Assembly: GCA_036339465.1 (NCBI GenBank)
Contig: JAYZAY010000102.1
Coordinates: forward strand, 1-58,247
From: Myxococcota bacterium
GTDB taxonomy: Bacteria > Myxococcota > XYA12-FULL-58-9 > JABJBS01
Reading direction: 5' to 3'
DNA: 58,247 bases
The translations under genes and the position numbers were made by a program. The notes under the pieces are model-generated. The model did not search any database. It was not told the DNA's origin and saw only the letters and a list, made by a program, of their open reading frames with translations. How positions within the stretch are numbered: the first letter of the stretch is position 1; every line of letters begins with the position of its first letter. This document shows, in pieces, positions 18,633 to 28,586 of the stretch.

Positions 18633-19442
18633 CTAGTTAAGTGACTCGAGTGAAGTCGTGCACTTAGACGCAAACCCTTTTTCTGCCTGTGGATCCGCGC
18701 ATAGACTTAGGATTTTCCTTGCTTGGTCGCGCGCCCCTTGTTTCAACAAACTCACCCCAAAATAATAATGCATCTGGTTCACATGGTCTGAAGAAAGTAG
18801 CAGAGAAATAGCATCATTTCCCGAACAATGTTTAAGGTATCGTCGATAGCTTGTGGCCACATCCTCGGAGTTCTCTTGATCCAAACCAATGCGAGAGAGC
18901 CATTCGTAGCCTCTACAAAAATGAGGGTTGGTAGCCACTGCATTACGGATATGTCGAATACCTTGGTCAATTTCCCCTTTCCGATAATAAGCCCAACCCA
19001 TGTTGCCTTCGGCCAAAGAAGGGGTTTGATATAAAATATCGTTTAGAGACACCCGAAACTCATCGATCGCCTCATCAAACCGTCCCAGATCAATAAGTAA
19101 AGCCCCAAGATTATTGTGCGCTTCTGAAAATTGGGGTTCCAGCACAACCGCTTTTTGATAATGTTTCAAACTATCCTCAAGCTGCCCTAGAGCGTGGTAA
19201 ACCATCCCCAATGCGTTCTGAGCGCGGGCTAGACCAGGATTGTGCTTAACAACGCGCAGTAACTCCCGAAGAGCTTCGCGTATTTGACCATTTTGAAACC
19301 GGTTGATTGCGATATCATAATGGGTTCGCGCCAAAACTCGATCTTTCTCAGTGATGCTCTTTGAGCATCCCGATAATACTGTCGCTGATACTAAACTCAA
19401 AACAGTGAAGCTCAGTAATAAGGCCTTTTTATCAAGCATCAT
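18633..19442 (-). CDS. tgl: Tgl/PilF-type TPR lipoprotein (type IV pilus secretin pilotin)
   Basis: Lipobox LSGC; TPRs (AQNALG, EAHNNLG, LYQTP..AEGNMG); NPHFCRG and a Cys-containing C-terminus like myxobacterial Tgl. Confidence 0.75.
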   Translation of the reverse strand: MMLDKKALLLSFTVLSLVSATVLSGCSKSITEKDRVLARTHYDIAINRFQNGQIREALRELLRVVKHNPGLARAQNALGMVYHALGQLEDSLKHYQKAVVLEPQFSEAHNNLGALLIDLGRFDEAIDEFRVSLNDILYQTPSLAEGNMGWAYYRKGEIDQGIRHIRNAVATNPHFCRGYEWLSRIGLDQENSEDVATSYRRYLKHCSGNDAISLLLSSDHVNQMHYYFGVSLLKQGARDQARKILSLCADPQAEKGFASKCTTSLESLN

Positions 19443-19451
19443 TAGCCTCCA

Positions 19452-20057
19452 TTATTCCGCAATAATAATGTACTCGTCTCGATGGTCTGTGTTTTCTGCC
19501 GCTGTCCGCCGATAATCCACCAGGGTTCGTGTTACCACAACATTTCGGCCACCCTGTTTTCCTTCCCCCAAAACAATTCGGAAAATATCGCTGCTTGATG
19601 TCGAATGGACTTCCCCACCCTTTCTTTTCTTCGCAATAAAAATCACCTGATTTCGCCCAGGGTGAAAATATTGCGTCATTTCCAAAACACCATGCTTTTC
19701 ATCATCAAAAAACTTCCGGACCCACCGACCATTCACGAAGAACTCAACATCATAATCTGTCAGACCTGGAGCTTTCTCCGTCACCAACCAATATCGATTA
19801 TTCAAGCCCACATCCGTCGGAAGCGGTTTGAGAGACTGCGTTATTTCCCCTGAAATCCCCGATTTATCAACAACATAAGCAGCAGAGGAAATGTTAATAT
19901 TTCCGAGAGCATCTATCTCAACCACACAGTTTTCAAAACGCTGCTTTCGTACCCCATCTATTTTCACGCCATTGAGCGTAATATTCCTCGCCAAGGCTAA
20001 GTCACAAAAGATCAAGCACAGCAATCCAAACACTAAACACCAACGTCTCTTCATCAT
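19452..20057 (-). CDS. Hypothetical secreted protein
   Basis: Signal peptide MMKRRWCLVFGLLCLIFCDLALA; beta-rich mature region; 9 bp upstream of tgl. Confidence 0.7.
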   Translation of the reverse strand: MMKRRWCLVFGLLCLIFCDLALARNITLNGVKIDGVRKQRFENCVVEIDALGNINISSAAYVVDKSGISGEITQSLKPLPTDVGLNNRYWLVTEKAPGLTDYDVEFFVNGRWVRKFFDDEKHGVLEMTQYFHPGRNQVIFIAKKRKGGEVHSTSSSDIFRIVLGEGKQGGRNVVVTRTLVDYRRTAAENTDHRDEYIIIAE

Positions 20058-20189
20058 GGCGGGCACGCTAACTATCCTCGCTGGACCTGTCAAGGTTCGC
20101 AGCCCGTCACTTTCAACATAAACTACTATAACTACAACGATTTTCAATTGGACCCACTATCGTCACCCCAGAATAATAAAATAGTCATG

Positions 20190-20215
20190 CCGTTTTGCCC
20201 CTAAGGACAAAACGG
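20190..20215. promoter_or_regulatory. Inverted repeat CCGTTTTG-N10-CAAAACGG in the divergent region upstream of oleA
   Basis: Perfect 8-bp arms seen in the sequence; function (operator or hairpin) unknown. Confidence 0.35.
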
Positions 20216-20357
20216 GGTCGACCGCTCAAATCATCATTCTTCAAGTATTTAAGTCCTCGCTTTGCCAGTCCTGGGGCCAAGTCCTCAGGTTTCCTTTGAC
20301 GCAACACCAAACCAGTGGCATTAGCTCAGGATAATTTACGACGGGGAGGCCTCCACT

Positions 20358-21380
20358 ATGCCCATGGTGTTTGAAAATGTGTCTATTGCCAGTATCGCTC
20401 ACGTGGATGCCCCCATTCGGATAACGTCCTCGGAAGTCGAAGAACAACTCGCACCAACCATGGACCGCCTCAAAATTCGTCCCGGACTTTTAGAGTCACT
20501 CTCTGGAATCAAGGCGCGACGATTGTGGGAAGCAGGAACGCAACCAAGTCAAGCAGCGACCAAAGCCGCTAAGTTGGCCCTTGAGCATGGTGACGTATCA
20601 CCTGGCCAAGTTGGTTTCCTGATAAATACCTCCGTTTGTCGGGACTATCTGGAACCTTCCACTGCGTGTCTCGTCCACGGAAATTTAAAGCTCCCTGCTA
20701 CATGCATGAATTACGACATAGGAAATGCATGCCTCGGGTTCATGAATGGCATGGATATCGCAGCACAAATGCTTGAAAATGCCATGATCGATTACGCACT
20801 CGTCGTAGACGGGGAAAGCAGTCGATTCCCCCTCGAACAAACCATCGAGCGCCTTCTAGATCCAGAGTGCTCGGAACACGATTTCCGTTCTCAATTCGCA
20901 ACCCTAACGCTCGGATCTGGGTCGGTGGCGATGTTGCTTACCCGAAGAAACCTCCGGCCGAAAGCACCCAGATATATAGGTGGCGTCACCCGTGCGGCCA
21001 CTCAGTACAACCGCATTTGTCTCGGCCAACCCGATAAGATGCTCACCGATACGAAGGAACTTCTGGTACGAGGCATCGAGCTTGCATCCCAAACCTTTGT
21101 TCAGGCCCGTGCTGTCCTCGGCTGGAGCTCCAATGTCCTAGATGAATTGGTGTTGCACCAGGTCAGCAAGGCCCACACTGAAAAGCTCGCTGACTTTCTC
21201 CGTCTCGATTTAAACAAAGCAGTCTGTATCTATCCAGAATATGGTAATATAGGACCCGCCTCAGTCCCCATCGTGCTCTCAAAGGCAATCGAAGCTGGAC
21301 GGGTAGGTCCCGGTGCCAGAGTGGGCCTGCTTGGAATTGGGAGTGGACTCAATTGTTCCATGGCCGAAATTCGTTTCTAG
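20358..21380 (+). CDS. oleA: OleA acyl-CoA:acyl-CoA alkyltransferase (thiolase/KAS III fold)
   Basis: SVCRDYLEPSTA (OleA Glu), NACLGF (Cys), FATLTLGSG, LHQVS (His), YGNIGPAS (Asn) and GIGSGLNC; GGAGG RBS; first gene of the cluster. Confidence 0.93.
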   Translation: MPMVFENVSIASIAHVDAPIRITSSEVEEQLAPTMDRLKIRPGLLESLSGIKARRLWEAGTQPSQAATKAAKLALEHGDVSPGQVGFLINTSVCRDYLEPSTACLVHGNLKLPATCMNYDIGNACLGFMNGMDIAAQMLENAMIDYALVVDGESSRFPLEQTIERLLDPECSEHDFRSQFATLTLGSGSVAMLLTRRNLRPKAPRYIGGVTRAATQYNRICLGQPDKMLTDTKELLVRGIELASQTFVQARAVLGWSSNVLDELVLHQVSKAHTEKLADFLRLDLNKAVCIYPEYGNIGPASVPIVLSKAIEAGRVGPGARVGLLGIGSGLNCSMAEIRF

Positions 21381-21391
21381 AGAGTAAAAAG

Positions 21392-22300
21392 ATGAAAGCA
21401 ACGCGCCTACCGGATTACCCTTTCTCTTCGAATTATCTGAAAATATCTCAATTTAGGTACCATTATATCGATGAAGGACAGGGTGAACCAATCTTGATGG
21501 TTCATGGGAACCCCACTTGGTCCTATTATTATCGCCACCTGATTTCTGCACTCAGCACAAACTATAGAACAATCGCGGTGGATCATATTGGCTGTGGGTT
21601 ATCCGACAAACCCGAATCGTCCGAATATGCCTTCACCGTGGAGCAACGAGTCAGCGATCTAGAGGCATTCGTTCGTGAAATGGACTTCCAGCGCCCCATT
21701 ACGCTCGTTGTACACGACTGGGGCGGCATGATTGGCATGGGATTGGCGACACGTCACCCTGAAATGATTTCTAAGATCGTTGTTCTGAATACCGCAGCTT
21801 TTACCAACCCCCACAACAAGAAAATACCCTGGCAGCTTTCCTTGGTGCGCAATACCCCACTGGGCCCCCTTTTGGTACAAGGACTCAACGCATTCGCCCT
21901 TGGTGCCACATACACATGCTGCACACGAACCCCCATGCCCACAAAGATCCGTAAAGCATATATATCCCCTTACAATAACTGGAAAAATAGGCTCGCCACC
22001 CTAAGGTTTGTCCAAGACATCCCCCTATCCCCAAGCGACAAAGGTTACGATTTCATTGCTGAAATTGAAAATAGCCTAACCCTCCTCCAAGACAAACCGG
22101 TCATGATTTGTTGGGGAGAAAAGGACTTTGTCTTCGACCACGGCTTTCTACAAAAATGGTTAAAGATATTCCCATCGGCTGAAGTTCATCGTTTTCCAGA
22201 TTGCGGCCATTACATACTTGAAGATGCCTCCAGCGACATCATCCCCCTCATTCAAAGCTTCTTAGAAGTGAAAAAAGAGAACGCCGTAGGCAAAAACTAA
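21392..22300 (+). CDS. oleB: OleB beta-lactone decarboxylase (haloalkane dehalogenase-like alpha/beta hydrolase)
   Basis: HGNPTWS, DHIGCGLSDKP, VHDWGG (Asp nucleophile) and GHYILED; sits between oleA and oleC. Confidence 0.9.
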   Translation: MKATRLPDYPFSSNYLKISQFRYHYIDEGQGEPILMVHGNPTWSYYYRHLISALSTNYRTIAVDHIGCGLSDKPESSEYAFTVEQRVSDLEAFVREMDFQRPITLVVHDWGGMIGMGLATRHPEMISKIVVLNTAAFTNPHNKKIPWQLSLVRNTPLGPLLVQGLNAFALGATYTCCTRTPMPTKIRKAYISPYNNWKNRLATLRFVQDIPLSPSDKGYDFIAEIENSLTLLQDKPVMICWGEKDFVFDHGFLQKWLKIFPSAEVHRFPDCGHYILEDASSDIIPLIQSFLEVKKENAVGKN

Positions 22301-23961
22301 TGCAGGCAACGCTTCACGATAACATCGCCGACTCCCTAAGCCGTATGTCGGCTCGAATCCCCCATCAAGCCGCACTCATTGCTCCCGCAGGACTTAAATT
22401 AGGACAACCCGTTTATTCAATCTTGAACTACCACCAATTGGAAGAGCGCACCAATCAAGCTGCCAATGGCCTCAAATCTATGGGTATAGAGGAGGGCACA
22501 AAAGTTGTACTGATGGTAAAACCCAGCATCGATCTCTTCACCTTGGTGTTTGCATTGTTCAAAACGGGTGCAGTGCCGATTATGATCGATCCCGGCATTG
22601 GTCTCAAACATCTAAAGCAATGTATCGGAGATGCAGAACCCGACGCGTTCATAGGAATATCTCAGGCCCATATCGCGCGGATCCTTATGGGATGGGGCAA
22701 GAAAACCATCCAAACCAAACTCTGGGTCGGCACTGGTTTTTCCGGCACAATCCCCACATTCGACCAACTTCTCACTGAAAATAAGAATGCGACCACTTTC
22801 AAAATCAGCCCTCGGCCCAAAGAAAGCCAAGCGGCAATCCTGTTTACCAGCGGCAGCACGGGGACTCCCAAGGGCGTCGTCTACACACATCAGACCTTTT
22901 TGGCACAAGTAGAAGCCATCCGGAAAATGTTCGAAATCGAGCCTGGGGATATTAACCTCCCCACCTTTCCCTTATTTGCACTCTTCGACCCCGCCCTAGG
23001 TATGACCACTGTCATACCAGATATGGACCCAACTCGCCCCGCTCAAGCCGACCCAAAAAAACTTATCCACGCCATTAACACCTTCGGTATCACCACAATG
23101 TTCGGCTCGCCAGCGCTACTAAACACCCTCGGGCGCTATGCCGATACACATGGGGTCAAACTACCCAGTATGAAAAGGGTGATTTCTGCAGGGGCTCCTG
23201 TACCAGCTGAGACCATGAAGCGAATCAAGAATATGTTGCCCGGAAATGCGACCCTTTTCCCACCCTATGGCGCAACAGAATCATTGCCTGTGGCATGCCT
23301 AGAAGCCGACGAAGTCATCTCCGAGACTTGGAGGAAAACAGAAAATGGTGCAGGTATTTGTGTAGGAAAAACCGTCCCACAAATTGACGTTCGAATCCTA
23401 GAAATTACAGATTCCCCTATTGAGAAAATGGAAGACGTTACCCAATACCAATGCAATCAAGTTGGCGAAATCACGGTTCGTGGTCCCATGGTCACTGAGA
23501 ATTACTTTAACCAACCAGAAGCCACGACCAAAGCCAAGATAAAAGACGGTGACCATATTTGGCATCGGATGGGAGATCTCGGTTACTTTGATTCACAGGA
23601 GCGACTATGGTTTTGTGGACGAAAAGCACATCGCGTCCAGATTACCAAAAGCGATACGCTCTTCACCACTCAAGTCGAGGGCATTTTTAATCAACATCCT
23701 TCGGTGTTTCGCTCCGCTCTCGTGGGAATTGGCCCCAAACCGAACCAACGGCCGGTCATGTGTATCGAATTTGAGCAAGAAGTGCCCCCAACCAAGCATC
23801 CAAAAAGACTAAGCGAACTTCAGGAAATCGCAAAAACACATACATCAACCCTGGGAATTCAAGACTTCTTACCCCATCCAGGATTCCCCGTGGACATTCG
23901 TCATAATGCAAAAATTAACCGCGAAAAACTGAGTCTTTGGGCCGAGGAAAAACTTTCATGA
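22300..23961 (+). CDS. oleC: OleC olefin beta-lactone synthetase (AMP-dependent ligase family)
   Basis: IDPGIG, FTSGSTGTPKG, TFPLFALF, PYGATE, WHRMGD, WFCGRK and FPVDIRHNAKI motifs; TAATG overlap with oleB. Confidence 0.93.
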   Translation: MQATLHDNIADSLSRMSARIPHQAALIAPAGLKLGQPVYSILNYHQLEERTNQAANGLKSMGIEEGTKVVLMVKPSIDLFTLVFALFKTGAVPIMIDPGIGLKHLKQCIGDAEPDAFIGISQAHIARILMGWGKKTIQTKLWVGTGFSGTIPTFDQLLTENKNATTFKISPRPKESQAAILFTSGSTGTPKGVVYTHQTFLAQVEAIRKMFEIEPGDINLPTFPLFALFDPALGMTTVIPDMDPTRPAQADPKKLIHAINTFGITTMFGSPALLNTLGRYADTHGVKLPSMKRVISAGAPVPAETMKRIKNMLPGNATLFPPYGATESLPVACLEADEVISETWRKTENGAGICVGKTVPQIDVRILEITDSPIEKMEDVTQYQCNQVGEITVRGPMVTENYFNQPEATTKAKIKDGDHIWHRMGDLGYFDSQERLWFCGRKAHRVQITKSDTLFTTQVEGIFNQHPSVFRSALVGIGPKPNQRPVMCIEFEQEVPPTKHPKRLSELQEIAKTHTSTLGIQDFLPHPGFPVDIRHNAKINREKLSLWAEEKLS

Positions 23962-24959
23962 AAGTTTTGGTAACGGGAGGGGGAGGGTTTCTTGGCCGCG
24001 CTATCCTTAAACAATTATCTACATTCTATCCCAACGCGGAACGACATACTCTTCAACGCAGCCATCATCCAGATCTTGAAAGCAAAGGCATTGTTCAACA
24101 CCTAGGGAGCTTAAGCGACATCAAAACCGTGGACACCGCTGTCAGCAATGCTGAAATCGTTTTCCATGTGGCCGCAAAAGCTGGGATCTGGGGAAACTAC
24201 CAAGACTACTATACGACCAATGTTCTCGGCACCGAACAAATCCTAAGCGCATGCGAAAAATATGGGGTAAAACAACTCATCTACACAAGTACCCCCAGTG
24301 TGGTGCATGCGGGAGGCGACCTTGAGGGAGTCGACGAATCAGCACCCTACGCCACTCGATTTTCAACACACTATCCGGCGACAAAAGCCATCGCTGAAAA
24401 GATGGTCCTTGGCGCCAACTCTGATACCCTAGCCACCATGGCGTTGCGACCCCATCTCATATGGGGCCCCGGAGACAACCACCTCGTTCCGAGACTCATC
24501 GCTCAAGCAAAACAGGGACGACTCCGATTCATCGGTTCGGGAGAAAATCTAATCGATGGCGTTTACATTGAAAACGCAGCTTCGGCGCATATCGCGGCTG
24601 TAAAGCACCTCAAGCCTAAGGCAAATTGTGCCGGCAAAGCTTATTTCATAACCCAAGGTGAACCGCTTCCACTAAAAGATTTGGTCAATGGCATTGTCGA
24701 AGCTGCCGGTCTACCCAAAATTGAGAAAACAATGTCGCCTAAATTGGCTTACGCCATTGGCTGCTTCCTTGAGGCAATCTACAAATTGTTCGGCATTCAA
24801 AACGATCCCCCCATGACCCGATTTGTCGCCGAACAATTCTCGACTGCCCACTGGTATAGCATTCAAGCAGCGAGAGATGACCTCGGATATGAACCCACGA
24901 TATCCACCACCCAAGGCCTCAAAAAGCTGGCCGAATCATTGGGAACAATCCCCCCATAA
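23958..24959 (+). CDS. oleD: OleD 2-alkyl-3-oxoalkanoate reductase (3-beta-HSD-like extended SDR)
   Basis: VTGGGGFLG, HVAAKAGIWG, TSTPSVV, YPATK and LRPHLIWGPGD motifs; ATGA overlap with oleC. Confidence 0.93.
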   Translation: MKVLVTGGGGFLGRAILKQLSTFYPNAERHTLQRSHHPDLESKGIVQHLGSLSDIKTVDTAVSNAEIVFHVAAKAGIWGNYQDYYTTNVLGTEQILSACEKYGVKQLIYTSTPSVVHAGGDLEGVDESAPYATRFSTHYPATKAIAEKMVLGANSDTLATMALRPHLIWGPGDNHLVPRLIAQAKQGRLRFIGSGENLIDGVYIENAASAHIAAVKHLKPKANCAGKAYFITQGEPLPLKDLVNGIVEAAGLPKIEKTMSPKLAYAIGCFLEAIYKLFGIQNDPPMTRFVAEQFSTAHWYSIQAARDDLGYEPTISTTQGLKKLAESLGTIPP

Positions 24960-24981
24960 CCATTTTCATTGGAGTGTTCCT

Positions 24982-27537
24982 ATGACCGAGCCATCACCAC
25001 AGGACTCTGCGCCAATCTTCTTGAGATTCATTCCCGAAAGTCCTGATTCTGACGAATTGCTCTTCGCTTTTATGGAGGCAGTGGCAGAACTCGGATTTGA
25101 ACTCTACCCTGCCCAAGAAGAAGCAATTGTAGAAGTGTTCTCACAACATCATGTGATTCTGAACACGCCCACAGGTTCGGGGAAATCCCTGGTCGCCTTA
25201 GCGCAGCATTTTCTCGCTTTGGCCACGGGAAAAAAGTCCTACTACACAAGCCCCATCAAAGCATTGGCAAGTGAAAAATTCTTCCAGCTCTGCAAGTTTT
25301 TCGGACCGGAAAATGTCGGCCTTGCAACCGGGGATTCCACAGTAAATAGGGATGCACCTATGATTTGCTGCACGGCGGAAATTCTCTCGAATATCGCCCT
25401 GAGAAATAGTGAAGCCACCGAAATCGGCTACGTCGTCATGGATGAATTTCACTACTACGCCGACCCTCACCGTGGCGTCGCCTGGCAGATTCCACTCTTG
25501 CGGTTACCCGATACAAAATTCCTACTCCTCTCTGCAACCATGGGAGACAATCCCAAAATAATCCAAAGCCTTGAAGAAAAAACCCATACTTCGGTGAAAG
25601 TGGTCAAGGGATTTCAAAGACCCGTACCTCTCGATTTTACATACCGAGAAACACCATTGCATGAAACGTTGGAGCATATTCTATCCAATAACAAATACCC
25701 CATCTATGTGGTCGCATTTACTCAAAGAGATTGTGCGGAAATCGCTCAGAGCCTCACGAGCATCAACTTTTGTACCAAGGAAGAAAAAAAACAAATCGCC
25801 CAAGAAATAAAGGGGGTTAAATTCGACTCACCCTACGGAAAATTTATCTCTCGATATCTTCGCCACGGAATCGGTTTGCATCACGCCGGCCTCCTGCCCA
25901 AATATCGGCTTCTCGTGGAAAAACTGGCCCAAAAGGGGTACCTAAAAATTATTTGTGGCACCGATACCTTAGGCGTGGGAATCAATATCCCCATTCGAAC
26001 CGTCCTGTTTACGAAACTCACCAAATTCGATGGAGAGAACGTCGGTGTTTTAGCGGCAAGAGATTTCCATCAAATCGGAGGACGGGCAGGCCGCAAGGGC
26101 TTCGACACAGAAGGCTCGGTATTTTGTCAGGCCCCCGATCACGTCATTGAAAATAAGCGTCTAGAAGCCAAAGCGGCATCGGGTAAGGTCAAAAAGAATA
26201 AGATTAAGCGAAAGGCACCGCCAAAGGGATTTGTTCCATGGAACGAGGAAACCTTCACTACCCTACAAGCCAAGCCACCAGAACCACTTCAGTCAAGATT
26301 CAACATAAGTCACGGCCTAATACTCAATCTCATTGAGGGAAGCCAGTCACATCATGCGAGTGCAGAACAAGACTTGGAAAATTTAATCCAGAGCTCTCAT
26401 GCCAAAGACAATGATAAAGACCTCCACCTAGAACACGCACAGGAGATGATTCAATCCCTTCTGGATGCAGAAATACTTAGCCGGTCCACCGACGGAGAGT
26501 TAATCATCGACGACTCCCTGCAGAAAAACTTCTCTATCCATCAAGCCCTTAACGTTTATATCCTTCATGTTCTGAAAGAACTCAAAAGCGATTCAAACAC
26601 CTATGCCCTTGATCTACTCAGCGTTATCGAAGCCTGCCTAGAGAATCCACGCGTGGTTCTACTCAGGCAACTAGACAAAGCTAAACAAGATAAAATTACA
26701 GAACTCAAACAAGAAGGCGTGCCCTACGAAGAACGAATGAACGCCTTAGAGAACATTGATTACCCTAAACCACTTCGAGATTTCATTTACGTCACCTACG
26801 ATGAATTCGCATCCACCAGCCCATGGATCCGAGACTCCAATGTGCGACCTAAATCCATCGTAAGAGAAATGGTTGAAAACTATTATTCATTTGCAGACTA
26901 TATTCGAGAATATGGGCTCGTTCGTAGCGAAGGCGTGCTACTGCGATACGTCAATCAAGCCTACAAATATATCACCCAAACCATCCCCGACAGCTTCAAA
27001 GACGAGATGGTCTACGAAATTGAAGGTTTTCTCCGCACATGCCTCGCCACCACCGATGGTTCCCTGCTCCAAGAGTGGGAAAACCTCAAAACAAATCAAG
27101 GATTGCCACATCAAAGTGACGAAAACGAAGATGACAAGCTGCCAGACTTTCACCCAAGCTCAAACCTGAAGATTTTTAGAGCGGTGGTTAGAAATCACAT
27201 GCTAGAATTCCTAAAGCGCATCAACGAACGGGATTTTGAAGCCGCATTTTCTATTCTTCGCCCCGAATCGGAATCCGAGTGGAGTCCAGAGGCCCTTGAA
27301 GCTGAATTCAAAGATTATTTCAAAAACTACGATCGAATTGTTCTGGACCACCACGCAAGATTGGCCCACCATACAAAATTTGATCGACAAGGCCCAAATC
27401 TCTGGTATCTAGGTCAAACAATCTGCGACCCCGAAGGTGATAATTTTTGGGCGGTAGAGGTAGAAATCCCAATCGATGAGATATTTCTCGCCGGCGGTTC
27501 CATTTTCGAGCTCAAAAAAATCCTTGGAGATGGGTAA
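24982..27537 (+). CDS. Ski2-like DEAD/DEAH-box helicase with DUF3516-type C-terminus
   Basis: PTGSGKS, PIKALA, MDEFHYY, SAT, HHAGLLP, TDTLGVGIN and QIGGRAGR motifs; GGAG RBS before ATG 24982. Confidence 0.9.
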   Translation: MTEPSPQDSAPIFLRFIPESPDSDELLFAFMEAVAELGFELYPAQEEAIVEVFSQHHVILNTPTGSGKSLVALAQHFLALATGKKSYYTSPIKALASEKFFQLCKFFGPENVGLATGDSTVNRDAPMICCTAEILSNIALRNSEATEIGYVVMDEFHYYADPHRGVAWQIPLLRLPDTKFLLLSATMGDNPKIIQSLEEKTHTSVKVVKGFQRPVPLDFTYRETPLHETLEHILSNNKYPIYVVAFTQRDCAEIAQSLTSINFCTKEEKKQIAQEIKGVKFDSPYGKFISRYLRHGIGLHHAGLLPKYRLLVEKLAQKGYLKIICGTDTLGVGINIPIRTVLFTKLTKFDGENVGVLAARDFHQIGGRAGRKGFDTEGSVFCQAPDHVIENKRLEAKAASGKVKKNKIKRKAPPKGFVPWNEETFTTLQAKPPEPLQSRFNISHGLILNLIEGSQSHHASAEQDLENLIQSSHAKDNDKDLHLEHAQEMIQSLLDAEILSRSTDGELIIDDSLQKNFSIHQALNVYILHVLKELKSDSNTYALDLLSVIEACLENPRVVLLRQLDKAKQDKITELKQEGVPYEERMNALENIDYPKPLRDFIYVTYDEFASTSPWIRDSNVRPKSIVREMVENYYSFADYIREYGLVRSEGVLLRYVNQAYKYITQTIPDSFKDEMVYEIEGFLRTCLATTDGSLLQEWENLKTNQGLPHQSDENEDDKLPDFHPSSNLKIFRAVVRNHMLEFLKRINERDFEAAFSILRPESESEWSPEALEAEFKDYFKNYDRIVLDHHARLAHHTKFDRQGPNLWYLGQTICDPEGDNFWAVEVEIPIDEIFLAGGSIFELKKILGDG

Positions 27538-27635
27538 GCCTGGGGTTCGTTGATCTCTGAACGTATGGGCCGGTTGCACTGAGCCATTTATTCTCTAAAG
27601 GGAAACTTGCCTCAATTTATTGGACTTTAAATTGC

Positions 27636-27650
27636 TTGACCGGCTGTCAA
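27636..27650. promoter_or_regulatory. Palindrome TTGAC-N5-GTCAA about 50 bp upstream of a Cys-rich lipoprotein gene
   Basis: Sequence ttgac cggct gtcaa; possible operator overlapping a -35 element. Confidence 0.3.
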
Positions 27651-27700
27651 CTCATACGTAGATAGATTCAAAAAAAGGTTCGTTTACTTAGGAAAATCAT

Positions 27701-28567
27701 ATGCTAAATCGTCTCATTTATACATTCATCTTAGTGCTACCATTGGCCTTTGTGCTCACAAACTGTGGTTCTGGCAGAACGACCTCATGCCGAACTGGGG
27801 ATTGTCAGGACGACGAAACAACCCCCACCTCTGATGTTGTCGCCTGCGTCGATTCAACTGAATGTGATGAGGGTTTTGAATGTGACAACGGTGATTGTGT
27901 GGTGAACGATACACTGACTTGTTCGTCGACCAATGATTGTCCCGCGGGCATGACCTGTGATCTGCGCAGATCTGTGTGTGTCGATTGCCTAACCGACACC
28001 CAATGTCCCGAGGGGCTTGTTTGTCTCGAGGGAGCCTGCAGCGAAGCCCCCGCCCCTGACTCAGAGTCGAGCGGAGAGACAAACCCGGATCCAAACCCGG
28101 ATCCAAACCCCGGAAGCTCTGGCAATAACAACGGCTGCGCAGGCGACGCGGACTGTAGTTTCGGTCGCTGTGACGTGACGACGGGACAATGTGTGGATTG
28201 CCTCACCAGTGGCGATTGCCCAAGTGGCAATATTTGCCGAGACAATATTTGCATCGAACCTTCCAGCCCATCGGGTCCTGGGGGAGGCACCGGAGATCTG
28301 GGTGATTTATTCGGCGGGGCCACAACCTCGTGTGCAAGCCAAGTAGACTGTGATGCAAGTTGTACCGTGTGTAATTTATCAACCAGCATGTGTGAATCGT
28401 GTAGTGCCGCACTTTCCTGTGCCAATGGGCGGCAATGTTTAGATGGAGCGCAGTTGGGTGTCCCTATCGGCTCGTATTGCGTGCAAGACCCCACTGACTT
28501 TACTGCACTTCTTTCTTGTTTAAGTGCTGGAGTCGGCGGCGGTGGCGGCGGACTCCCGGAATTCTAG
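27701..28567 (+). CDS. Cysteine-rich repeat lipoprotein (myxobacterial type)
   Basis: Lipobox VLTNC; repeated C-x4-C-x4-C-x4/6-C modules; NPDPNPDP linker; Gly-rich tail. Confidence 0.8.
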   Translation: MLNRLIYTFILVLPLAFVLTNCGSGRTTSCRTGDCQDDETTPTSDVVACVDSTECDEGFECDNGDCVVNDTLTCSSTNDCPAGMTCDLRRSVCVDCLTDTQCPEGLVCLEGACSEAPAPDSESSGETNPDPNPDPNPGSSGNNNGCAGDADCSFGRCDVTTGQCVDCLTSGDCPSGNICRDNICIEPSSPSGPGGGTGDLGDLFGGATTSCASQVDCDASCTVCNLSTSMCESCSAALSCANGRQCLDGAQLGVPIGSYCVQDPTDFTALLSCLSAGVGGGGGGLPEF

Positions 28568-28586
28568 ACCGGTCTAGCCACGCCAT

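Noticed and set aside
21392..22300. Haloalkane dehalogenase annotation
   Set aside because: Position between oleA and oleC with translational coupling identifies it as OleB, which shares that fold.
27756..28494. Long minus-strand ORFs opposite the Cys-rich lipoprotein
   Set aside because: Antisense shadows with no motifs; the plus strand has a lipobox and an RBS.
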